NCBI GenBank assembly: GCA_003135555.1
Contig: PLCF01000087.1
Location: 6,630 to 25,456 of the forward strand
Direction of reading: 5' to 3'
DNA length: 18,827 nt
Origin: Vulcanimicrobiota bacterium
GTDB lineage: Bacteria; Vulcanimicrobiota; Vulcanimicrobiia; Vulcanimicrobiales; Vulcanimicrobiaceae
Shown here: positions 7,048 through 14,440 of the stretch, one piece after another
Layout: each line of letters starts with the position of its first letter
Numbering within the stretch: position 1 is the first letter of the stretch
The notes under the pieces: generated by a model
What the model was told of the DNA's origin: nothing
The model's input: only the letters and a program-made list of their open reading frames with translations
Database searches by the model: none
Made by a program: the position numbers and the translations under genes

Positions 7048-9146
7048 GCCTTCTCCGCGCGCTTCGCCGGCGACAGGTGGAAGGTGACCGGGTCGTATGG
7101 GACGCCGAGCTCTTCGAAGCGCGTGAGGCAGTTGGGCTGCACGCCACACGGCTCGAACTCGCCCAGCACCTTGCCCTGGCCGTCGACGCCGCGCTGTTTG
7201 TAGCGCACCAGCTCCTGCATGGTGACGATGTCGCCTTCCATCCCGACCAGCTCGCTGACACCAGTCACCCGGCGCGAGCCGTCGCGCAGGCGGGCGACCT
7301 GGACGATGAGGTCGACCGCGCCCGCGACCTGCTCGCGGATGGCGCGCACGGGGAGCTCGAAACCGGCCATCAGCACCATCGTCTCGACGCGCGAGAGCGC
7401 GTCGCGAGCCGAGTTTGCGTGAACGGTCGTGAGCGAGCCGTCATGGCCGGTGTTCATCGCTTGCAGCATATCGAGCGCCTCGCCGCCGCGGCACTCGCCG
7501 ACGACGATGCGGTCGGGCCGCATCCGCAGCGCGTTGCGCACCAGGTCGCGGATCGAGACGTTGCCTTTCCCTTCGAGGTTCGCCGGCCGCGACTCCAAGC
7601 GCACGACGTGCGGCTGGGCGAGCTTCAACTCCGCCGCGTCCTCGATGGTCACGATGCGGTCGCGCTTGGGGATGAAGGTCGAGAGCGCGTTGAGCAGCGT
7701 CGTCTTCCCGGCGCCGGTTCCGCCGCTCACGATGATGTTCAGCCGCGCTTCGACCGCGGCGCGAAGGAAGTCGAGCACGGGCGGGGTGATCGCGCCGACC
7801 TCGATGAGGTCGTCGACGCCGAAGCGACGCGTCCCGAAGCGCCGGATCGTGAGGGTCGGTCCGTCGATCGCGAGCGGTGAGATGATCGCGTTGACGCGCG
7901 ACCCGTCGGGGAGCCGTCCGTCGACCATCGGGCTGGACTCGTCGAGACGCCGTCCCAGCGGCGCGATGATGCGCTCGATCACCAGCCGAACCTGGCTGTC
8001 GTCGACGAACTGCTTCTCGGTGCGCTCGATCCCGCCGGCCCGCTCGACGTAGACGTTGGAGTGCCCATTCACCATGATCTCGGTGATGTCGGGCTCGTGC
8101 AGCAGGCTCTCGAGCGGGCCGAGACCCAGCGCTTCCTCGATGACTTCGTGCCGGATGCGCGACGCGTGTTCCGCCGAGGTGACGTCCTTGCGGGAGGCCA
8201 GGAAATCGTCGGCGATCGCGTCGACCTGCTGGCGCAGCTCGGCCAACTTCTGCGCGTCGGTGTGTGCGCGCGCCGCTGCCAGGAAGTCGATCTTCTTGAG
8301 CATCGTCGCGTGCAGCTCGGTCTTGAGCCGCTCGCTCGCCGGGGAGTCGCTGCCCGGGAAGGGCGTAGCGAAGATGGTCGACGACCCGGTCGACGTGCCC
8401 GGAAAGGGCTGCGGCGGCGCAACCGCGGCCTCGTTGCGCACGACTTGGCGACGGTCGCCGATCGGGTTCGCCATCGACGGGCGCAGCGCGGTCAGTTGTT
8501 CGGCCGGCGGCGCGCCGGTGAGCGCGTCGCCGAAGCGCGCGAACGCGCGTGCCCAGTTGCGGTCGCGGGGGGCAGGCAGCTCAGCGGCGACGGTGATCTT
8601 GAGCGACTCGGCGATCTCGCGGGTGCGCAGCTCGGCGGTGCCCCGCAAATCGAACAGCGTGAACGCGATCCGCGATTGCGGGATGCCGAAGCGCTCCAGC
8701 GCCGCCAGCATCCCTTTTGCCGAGCCGACGCCGAGCAGCGTCGGTTCGGTCATCACGACGATCTTCGCGGCGTTCATCACGAAGGGACGCACGGTCGCCG
8801 CGAACGGCTGCGGCGCATCGACGACGACGAGCGCGTTCTCGGGCAGCTTCGCGGCGAACTGTTCGACCCCGTCGGCGGTGACGACGAAGCCGTCCTCGTA
8901 CGAGCGGGCGAGCTCGACGATCGAAAGCGCGCCTTTCTTGCAGCTCGCCGGGGCGCCCGGGACGCGTCCCAAGTCGAGTTCGGCGGCGACGTCGTACCAG
9001 ACGGCGTGCGCGCGCCGCCCGGCCAAGTCGGCGTCGACGATGTAGCGCGGGCCGTGCCACGGCAATTGTTCGACGAGCCCAATCGCGGTGCTCGAGGCCC
9101 CGACGCCGCCCTTCGCGCCCACCACCAGGAAGACGCGCAGGCTCAT
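7035..9146 (-). CDS. cpaF: Fused CpaE/TadZ-like (MinD/ParA-type) domain plus CpaF/TadA pilus assembly ATPase
   Basis: N-terminal GAKGGVGASS (CpaE-type deviant Walker A), VDAD and VVVDAP. C-terminal GLGPLESLL..PDITEIMVNG, PMVDGRLPDGSRVN, SGGTGAGKTTLLNAL, TIEDAAEL, ALRMRPDRIVVGECRGGEA and AMNTGHDGSLTTVHANS. One continuous 703-aa ORF. Confidence 0.95.
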   Translation of the reverse strand: MSLRVFLVVGAKGGVGASSTAIGLVEQLPWHGPRYIVDADLAGRRAHAVWYDVAAELDLGRVPGAPASCKKGALSIVELARSYEDGFVVTADGVEQFAAKLPENALVVVDAPQPFAATVRPFVMNAAKIVVMTEPTLLGVGSAKGMLAALERFGIPQSRIAFTLFDLRGTAELRTREIAESLKITVAAELPAPRDRNWARAFARFGDALTGAPPAEQLTALRPSMANPIGDRRQVVRNEAAVAPPQPFPGTSTGSSTIFATPFPGSDSPASERLKTELHATMLKKIDFLAAARAHTDAQKLAELRQQVDAIADDFLASRKDVTSAEHASRIRHEVIEEALGLGPLESLLHEPDITEIMVNGHSNVYVERAGGIERTEKQFVDDSQVRLVIERIIAPLGRRLDESSPMVDGRLPDGSRVNAIISPLAIDGPTLTIRRFGTRRFGVDDLIEVGAITPPVLDFLRAAVEARLNIIVSGGTGAGKTTLLNALSTFIPKRDRIVTIEDAAELKLAQPHVVRLESRPANLEGKGNVSIRDLVRNALRMRPDRIVVGECRGGEALDMLQAMNTGHDGSLTTVHANSARDALSRVETMVLMAGFELPVRAIREQVAGAVDLIVQVARLRDGSRRVTGVSELVGMEGDIVTMQELVRYKQRGVDGQGKVLGEFEPCGVQPNCLTRFEELGVPYDPVTFHLSPAKRAEKAWLR

Positions 9147-10027
9147 GGACGTGCCGGAGCGGCTTCCGAGACGCGGTCGAGCTCGATGACGGTGACGCCG
9201 GAGGTTTGCGTTACCGTGCGCTTTGGCGCGGTGGCGACCAGCGCGGGCGTCGCCGCGATCGGCGCGGCCGCGGGAGTCGGCGGGCCGGGCGCCGGCGCAG
9301 CCGGGGCCGCCGGCTGGCGGTCGGCGACGCCGAGCTGCAGCGGTTCGGGCGCGAACGCGCGAACCGGTTCCTTAGGCGGACGCAGCGCAAGGCGCAGGGT
9401 CGTATTGAGGTCCGCCGCCGCAAGCAGGTTCACTTGTTGCGGCGTCAGCGCGAGCGTTACGGTCGTGAGGTTGTTTTGATTGTCGGGGCTGGGCGTCGCG
9501 CTGGTGGTCTCGACCGCGTTCCCCATTGCCAGGACGAGCGCGCCGCGCAGAATCGCCGATGCGCGCGGAACCTCCGAGCCCACTCGGGGCGGGACTGCGA
9601 TCACGTCGACGCGGTCGCCGGGCTGAATGAGGCCGGCGACTCCTTTGACGCGATCGATCGAGATGCTGACCGCGCGCATGCCGTAGGGAAGCCGCGCCGG
9701 CAACGCGTTCGCACCGGCTTCGCCGATCTTGGCGCCGGTGACGACGCTGCCGGCAGGGATCGTGATCAGCGAGTACTTGCCGGCGATCTGTTTGAGGTCG
9801 GTGACCGCGTCCCCGTCGACTTCGTTCGCCGGGCGCGTCGCTTCGGCCAGAAACGTATCGTTGAGCAGTGCCCGCGCCGGCACGTCACGCGACGCGACGT
9901 AGACGCGCTTCATCGGCACCGCGGCGTCCGAGGCGCGCAGCGAGCCCAGATAGTTGAGCAGCAGCACGCCGGTTCCCAGCGCCAGCAGCAGCCCGACGAT
10001 CAGCGGGATCCGGCGAGCATTTTTCAT
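9143..10027 (-). CDS. cpaB: Flp pilus assembly protein CpaB/RcpC
   Basis: ATG 10027 overlaps the cpaA stop. N-terminal TM, SAF-like VYVASRDVPARALL, LPYGMRAVSISIDRVKGVAGLIQPGDRVDVI, TVTLALTPQQ...LRLALR. Confidence 0.95.
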   Translation of the reverse strand: MKNARRIPLIVGLLLALGTGVLLLNYLGSLRASDAAVPMKRVYVASRDVPARALLNDTFLAEATRPANEVDGDAVTDLKQIAGKYSLITIPAGSVVTGAKIGEAGANALPARLPYGMRAVSISIDRVKGVAGLIQPGDRVDVIAVPPRVGSEVPRASAILRGALVLAMGNAVETTSATPSPDNQNNLTTVTLALTPQQVNLLAAADLNTTLRLALRPPKEPVRAFAPEPLQLGVADRQPAAPAAPAPGPPTPAAAPIAATPALVATAPKRTVTQTSGVTVIELDRVSEAAPARP

Positions 10028-10521
10028 ACGGGCAACCTCAAGGCGGGGACGACGGTGGAAGCGGCGTACGCGAAGCTGCCCGCGGCGATCGCGACACCGT
10101 ACGGTAACAGCATGGTCTCTTGGAGCGGCGCGCCGTGCGCAACCGCCGCCGTGCTGCGCACCAGCGCGACGAGGCGCCCGCGCGCCGCCGCGGTGACGAG
10201 CGCGAGCAAAGCGCCGGCGGCGAGGACGTAGAGCACCAGCACGACCGAACCGGGGAAACCTGCGAAGCCGCAACACGCGGCGATGAGCTTCACGTCGCCC
10301 CCGCCGAACCAGCCGGCGGAAAAGGCGATCGTCCCGGCGCCGAACGCCGCGACCATCATCCCAAGCGCGAGCAGCACGGCGGTTGGACCGGCGGGGAGCG
10401 CCGCGGCGAGCGCGGCGACCGCCGCGGCGCCGGTGAGGAGGTTGGGGATCCTGCGCGTCCGGACGTCGACCGCCGCAGCCGCGCAGGTGACGATCACCAG
10501 AACGATGGTGGCGATGGTCAC
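10024..10521 (-). CDS. cpaA: Flp prepilin peptidase CpaA/TadV (A24)
   Basis: GTG 10521 overlaps the flp2 stop. AAVDVRTRRIPNLLT, GWFGGGDVKLIAA and LPYGVAIAAG; directly follows the pilins. Confidence 0.93.
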   Translation of the reverse strand: MTIATIVLVIVTCAAAAVDVRTRRIPNLLTGAAAVAALAAALPAGPTAVLLALGMMVAAFGAGTIAFSAGWFGGGDVKLIAACCGFAGFPGSVVLVLYVLAAGALLALVTAAARGRLVALVRSTAAVAHGAPLQETMLLPYGVAIAAGSFAYAASTVVPALRLPV

Positions 10522-10673
10522 GGATAGCTCGATCCGACGTCCCAGAGCCGCGAGACGACCTGGGACCCGATGAACATGACGGCAGCCACGCACAGCACCG
10601 CGATGAAGCCGAGGATCAAGGCGTACTCGCCCAGCCCTTGACCCGCTTCGTCGCGGAGCGTGTGCGCGATCAT
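10518..10673 (-). CDS. flp: Flp family type IVc pilin (flp2)
   Basis: MIAHTLRDEAG|QGLGEYALILGFIAVLCVAAVMFIGSQVVSRLWDVGSSYP (51 aa) with the G|xxxxEY Flp motif. Start overlaps the upstream stop (ATGA). Confidence 0.92.
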   Translation of the reverse strand: MIAHTLRDEAGQGLGEYALILGFIAVLCVAAVMFIGSQVVSRLWDVGSSYP

Positions 10674-10789
10674 GAGAAGACCGACCGGATGGCCGTGAGG
10701 ATGTCGTCGACGCGGTCGTGCATGACGAGCGCGGCGGATATGGACTGCACCGCCACGAGACCGACGACGACGACAAACCTCGAATGCAT
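10670..10789 (-). CDS. 39-aa Flp-like peptide lacking the leader and the EY motif (divergent pilin or pseudogene)
   Basis: MHSRFVVVVGLVAVQSISAALVMHDRVDDILTAIRSVFS. GAGG 8 nt upstream of the ATG, stop overlaps the flp2 ATG, and it aligns without gaps to the Flp1 mature helix. Confidence 0.65.
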   Translation of the reverse strand: MHSRFVVVVGLVAVQSISAALVMHDRVDDILTAIRSVFS

Positions 10790-10801
10790 GGCCGAACCCT
10801 C

Positions 10802-10963
10802 TTAGATGCTGCTGCCGACGTTGCTCAGCAGCCCGGAGATCTGGCCTTTCAGGAACAGCACGGCGCCGATGCACAGAACCGCGATGAGACCCAGGACGAG
10901 ACCGTACTCGGCGAGGCCCTGGCCTGCGTCGTCGGCGAGGATGGAGCGAAGCGTGGTTTTCAT
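10802..10963 (-). CDS. flp: Flp family type IVc pilin (flp1, likely major pilin)
   Basis: Not in the ORF track. MKTTLRSILADDAG|QGLAEYGLVLGLIAVLCIGAVLFLKGQISGLLSNVGSSI (53 aa) with a strong AAGGAG RBS. Confidence 0.95.
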   Translation of the reverse strand: MKTTLRSILADDAGQGLAEYGLVLGLIAVLCIGAVLFLKGQISGLLSNVGSSI

Positions 10964-10984
10964 GTGAACTCCTTTTCGATTGTG

Positions 10985-11410
10985 CTAGTGCACGGATGCG
11001 GGGATGTCGTCCGGCGGGGCCGAGACGTTGGGGGCTCCGATGATGACCGTCGTACGGGCACCGTTGCCCGCCGGAACGGCATCGACGACGACGGTGAGGA
11101 TCGCGTTGCGGAAGAAACCCGGTGCGATCGGTAGCGTCGCGTCGTAGCGTCCGGTGGCGTCAGTCGAAATCGAGCGGCGGCTCAACAGCACCGTTGGAAG
11201 ATCCCGCGAGAACGTAGCGTAGAGCGAGGCTTCCAGCGGTCGAGCGGTGGGCGCGGAGCCGGTGATCTTCACCGCTTCCGTTCCCACCGCGCGCGTCGCG
11301 GTCAGGGTGATGCGCGTCGCTGCCGGGTCCGCCGTTTGCGCACCGGCCGGCGCGCAGAGCGCAGCCGTGGCGGCGAGGATTGCGAAGGACAACGGGTTGC
11401 GAAGTTGCAT
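10985..11410 (-). CDS. Hypothetical secreted beta-rich (Ig-like?) protein, first gene of the flp operon
   Basis: MQLRNPLSFAILAATAALCAPAGA|QT Sec signal peptide, then alternating beta-strand patterns (ITLTAT, VKITGS, YDATLPI, LTVVVD). 141 aa, ending 21 bp before flp1. Confidence 0.78.
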   Translation of the reverse strand: MQLRNPLSFAILAATAALCAPAGAQTADPAATRITLTATRAVGTEAVKITGSAPTARPLEASLYATFSRDLPTVLLSRRSISTDATGRYDATLPIAPGFFRNAILTVVVDAVPAGNGARTTVIIGAPNVSAPPDDIPASVH

Positions 11411-11419
11411 CGTGGCCGC

Positions 11420-11448
11420 ATCGTACACAGCCGAATCGCCGGTGGAAA
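11420..11448 (-). promoter_or_regulatory. Putative promoter of the leftward flp/tad operon
   Basis: Minus strand TTTCCA (11448-11443), 17 bp, extended -10 TGnTACGAT (11425-11420), 9 nt before ATG 11410. No SD, so the transcript may be near-leaderless. Confidence 0.4.
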
Positions 11449-11473
11449 GAGCGTTCGGGAAGAATTGACGGTC

Positions 11474-11491
11474 TGTCCACGCCTTGTCAAC
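11474..11491. promoter_or_regulatory. 11-bp-period direct repeat in the divergent flp/cpaC promoter region
   Basis: TGTCCAC (11474-11480) N4 TGTCAAC (11485-11491). It sits over the -35 position of an extended -10 TGgCATACT (11501-11509) for cpaC. Confidence 0.45.
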
Positions 11492-11549
11492 GCGGCGCTC
11501 TGGCATACTCGGTGCAACGACTCGCGCTTCCACTGCGAGAGGTATCGCT

Positions 11550-12992
11550 TTGCACCACCCACTTCGTTCGCTCCTGACTTCCCTGGCCGTGATCTGCGTC
11601 ACTGCGGCGCCGCCGGGCGCCCGCGCCGACACGATGTCCCCGATGATCTTGCGCACCGGGCAATCCATGGTCGTCGCGACGCCGCACCTGACGCGGGTCG
11701 CTGTCGGCGACGGCAAGATCGCCGGCGTGCTCGCGGTCGGGAACAGCGAGATCGTCATCAGCGGCCGCGCCGCCGGACGGACGACGCTGCTCGTCTGGAC
11801 GGGCTACGGACGCCGCTCGTACGACGTCACGGTGACCGAGCAAAGTCTCGAGAGCCTGCGCCAGATGCTACAGGGCTCGATCACCGAGCCCGGCATCCAC
11901 GTCGACGCGGTCGATCGTACGATCGTGGTCAACGGGAGCGTCGCGACGGGCGAGACGCTGGTGCACCTGGGGGAGGTCGTCTCACACTTCGAACCCGCCG
12001 CCGCTGCGGGCAAGTTCACGCTCGTCAACGCGGTCACCGTCGCAAAACCGTTGGGCCCGCTGCAAAGCGAGTTGGCCGGCGCGCCGGCAACGGCCGGAGT
12101 TCGCGTCGACCGCGACGTGAAGGGAAACTTGATCGTGAGCGGTCAGGTGCACGATCGCGTGACGGCCGAGCACGTGCTGCATCGCGTCCGCGCCCTGGCC
12201 GGTCCGTATCTCGCGATCGAGGGCAAAGTGGTCGATCGCCTCGAGACCGCGACGGTCAGCCAAGTCGACGTGAAGGTCTACGTGCTCGAGGTCGACGAGA
12301 CCGGACTCAAACAGCTCGGCGTCAACCTGCAGTCGGCGATCTTCCACCCCGACGGCACGTACACGCTCGCGGGGCCGCAGTTCCCCGTCGTCGAGAGCCC
12401 GCTCACGGGTAACGGCGCCAAGCCGGGACCGAGCATCGCCGGGTTCGGCCTCAACGTCGGTGCCTTCTTCCGGTCGATCACGCTGGCGCCGACGGTCAAC
12501 CTCGTGCTCCAAAGCGGCCACGCGCGGCTCCTCTCCTCGCCCGACCTGGTGACGATGCCCGGACGTCAAGCCGAGTTTCTGGTCGGCGGACAGATCCCGA
12601 TCCCGGTCGCGAGCGGACCGCAGCAGATCGCGATCCAGTACAAGGATTTCGGCGTGAAGCTGGTCGTCACGCCGACGATTCTCGGCGACGGCGGCGTCGA
12701 GACGCTCATCGCGCCCGAGATCTCGGATCTCGATTTCCAGGACGGCGTGTCGCTCAACGGCTTCACCGTTCCGGCGCTCAAGACGAGCCGGTTGTCGACC
12801 GACGTGGTCACCCAAGACGGCGAGTCGATCGTGATGGGCGGCCTGCTGCGCCGTCAAGAGCAACGCAACGTCGACAAGATCCCGCTGCTCGGCGATCTGC
12901 CGATTCTGGGCAAGCTGTTCCGCTCGACGCGTTACCAGAGTTCGCAGACCGACGTCGTGTTCGTAATGACGCCTACGATCCTGACGCGATGA
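11550..12992 (+). CDS. cpaC: Tad secretin CpaC/RcpA
   Basis: Likely TTG start 11550 with GAGAGG RBS. Signal peptide, pil_N domain (TRVAVGDGKIAGV...GRAAGRTTLLVW), BON-like middle region, secretin domain ARLLSSPDLVTMPGRQAEFLVGGQIPIP...YKDFGVKL..TP...KIPLLGDLPILGKLFRS...TDVVFVMTP. Confidence 0.95.
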   Translation: MHHPLRSLLTSLAVICVTAAPPGARADTMSPMILRTGQSMVVATPHLTRVAVGDGKIAGVLAVGNSEIVISGRAAGRTTLLVWTGYGRRSYDVTVTEQSLESLRQMLQGSITEPGIHVDAVDRTIVVNGSVATGETLVHLGEVVSHFEPAAAAGKFTLVNAVTVAKPLGPLQSELAGAPATAGVRVDRDVKGNLIVSGQVHDRVTAEHVLHRVRALAGPYLAIEGKVVDRLETATVSQVDVKVYVLEVDETGLKQLGVNLQSAIFHPDGTYTLAGPQFPVVESPLTGNGAKPGPSIAGFGLNVGAFFRSITLAPTVNLVLQSGHARLLSSPDLVTMPGRQAEFLVGGQIPIPVASGPQQIAIQYKDFGVKLVVTPTILGDGGVETLIAPEISDLDFQDGVSLNGFTVPALKTSRLSTDVVTQDGESIVMGGLLRRQEQRNVDKIPLLGDLPILGKLFRSTRYQSSQTDVVFVMTPTILTR

Positions 12993-14440
12993 CACCGGCT
13001 GCGCAGCGGGTCGCCTGCTTCGCCGCGTACCTGATCGCACCGCTGATCCTGGCCGCGATGATCGCGGTCAACGGCATGCGGGGCGAAACCTATCTGATGG
13101 GCGATTTTCGCGCTTTCTATTGCGCCGGCAACGCGATAGCGCAGGGCGCGAACCCGTACCTCACCGAGCCGCTGCGGACGTGCGAGGCGCACGCCGGGCC
13201 GCCCGCGGAACCGGCATTCTTGCGGCCCGTTGCGCTGCCGGCGCCGTTGCCGCCGTATGCGCTGGTGCTGTTCGTGCCCTTGTCGCTGCTGCCGTTCGGG
13301 GTCGCGGCGGCGTGCTATGGTGCGCTGCTGGTTGCGGCGATGATGGCGGCCGTGGCGCTGTTCGCGCGGGTGACCGGCGCCTCGAGCATCCTGCTCAACC
13401 TTGCCTTCGCACCGATCGCCGCGACGGTGACGTTGTACGTCGGACAGCCGGTCCCGTTGGTTTTCGCCGCGCTGGCGGCGGCGGCGCTGCTGGTGCGCAG
13501 CGGCCGGTGGGGCGCCGCGGCAGGTTGCGCGATGTTCGCGAGCATCGAGCCGCACGTCGCGCTCGCGGCGATCGCCGGGATGCTCGTCGCGTTCCCGCGC
13601 GTGCGGCTACCGCTGGTCGGGTTTGGCGCGGCTCTGGGCGTGGTCAGCGTTGCCGGGGTCGGTTGGGCGACGAGCCTGTCCTACGTGCGCGACGTCGTTC
13701 CGGCGCACGCGTTGGCAAACGTGTACGAATGGCAGTTCAGCCTGACCTCGATCCTCACGTCGGTGGGCGTCGCCGCGCAGCCCGCGATTCGGGCCGGGGA
13801 GCTGATGTTCGCGGCGATGGTCGTGGTGGGCGTCGTCGTCGCGCTGCGGCTGCGTTCGCTGACCGCGGATGCGGCGGTCGTGGTGATCGTGCCGCCGGCG
13901 TTCGCCTTGTTCGGCGGGGTGCACGTGCACTTCCAACAGCTGGCCGTCGCGTTCCCCGCCATCCTCTACGTGTGCGTGCGCTACCCGCGCGTCCGCACGC
14001 TCGCCGCGAGCGGACTGGCGTTCGCGATGATCCCCTGGAATGTGCTGGGCTCGAGCGTGCTCGCCGGCCTCGCGCCGCTGGTGGCGGGCACGTTCGGCGC
14101 GGCGACCATCGGGCGGCGGGCCGGTCTGGTGTTCGCGCTGTGCGCCGCGGGGATCGGCTTCTCGCTGCTCGTGCTAGGAGTATTGGGGCTCGGCCCGGCG
14201 CCGGTCCACTTCGTGGCGCAGAACTACGCGCCCAGTGCGCTGGCCGAAGTGAGCTGGGGCGACTTCTCGCGCGGCGTGCTGATGCGCCCGTCGCCGATGA
14301 TGCACTGGCTGCGCGTCCCCACCATGACCGGGCTCGCGTGCGGGCTGGCCGCGGTCGCCTGGGCGGCCCGGGGGAACGCGGTGCGGGCCGGCCGGGCACC
14401 GCTGCGCGCGCCGGTATCCGCTGCGGTGCCGGTGCGGTGA
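12989..14440 (+). CDS. GT87/DUF2029-like GT-C polytopic glycosyltransferase
   Basis: ATGA overlap with cpaC. After TM1: GDFRAFYCAGNAIAQGANPY...PLPPYALVLFVPLSLLPF, then GQ and IEPH (KP-equivalent) motifs and many TM helices. Confidence 0.8.
   Translation: MTPAAQRVACFAAYLIAPLILAAMIAVNGMRGETYLMGDFRAFYCAGNAIAQGANPYLTEPLRTCEAHAGPPAEPAFLRPVALPAPLPPYALVLFVPLSLLPFGVAAACYGALLVAAMMAAVALFARVTGASSILLNLAFAPIAATVTLYVGQPVPLVFAALAAAALLVRSGRWGAAAGCAMFASIEPHVALAAIAGMLVAFPRVRLPLVGFGAALGVVSVAGVGWATSLSYVRDVVPAHALANVYEWQFSLTSILTSVGVAAQPAIRAGELMFAAMVVVGVVVALRLRSLTADAAVVVIVPPAFALFGGVHVHFQQLAVAFPAILYVCVRYPRVRTLAASGLAFAMIPWNVLGSSVLAGLAPLVAGTFGAATIGRRAGLVFALCAAGIGFSLLVLGVLGLGPAPVHFVAQNYAPSALAEVSWGDFSRGVLMRPSPMMHWLRVPTMTGLACGLAAVAWAARGNAVRAGRAPLRAPVSAAVPVR

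Noticed and set aside
11465..11490. Perfect TTGACA on the minus strand (11490-11485) as a -35 box, and the inverted repeat TTGAC-N16-GTCAA
   Set aside because: No good -10 at 16-18 bp (CAATTC). It is more simply explained as part of the direct repeat, though not excluded.
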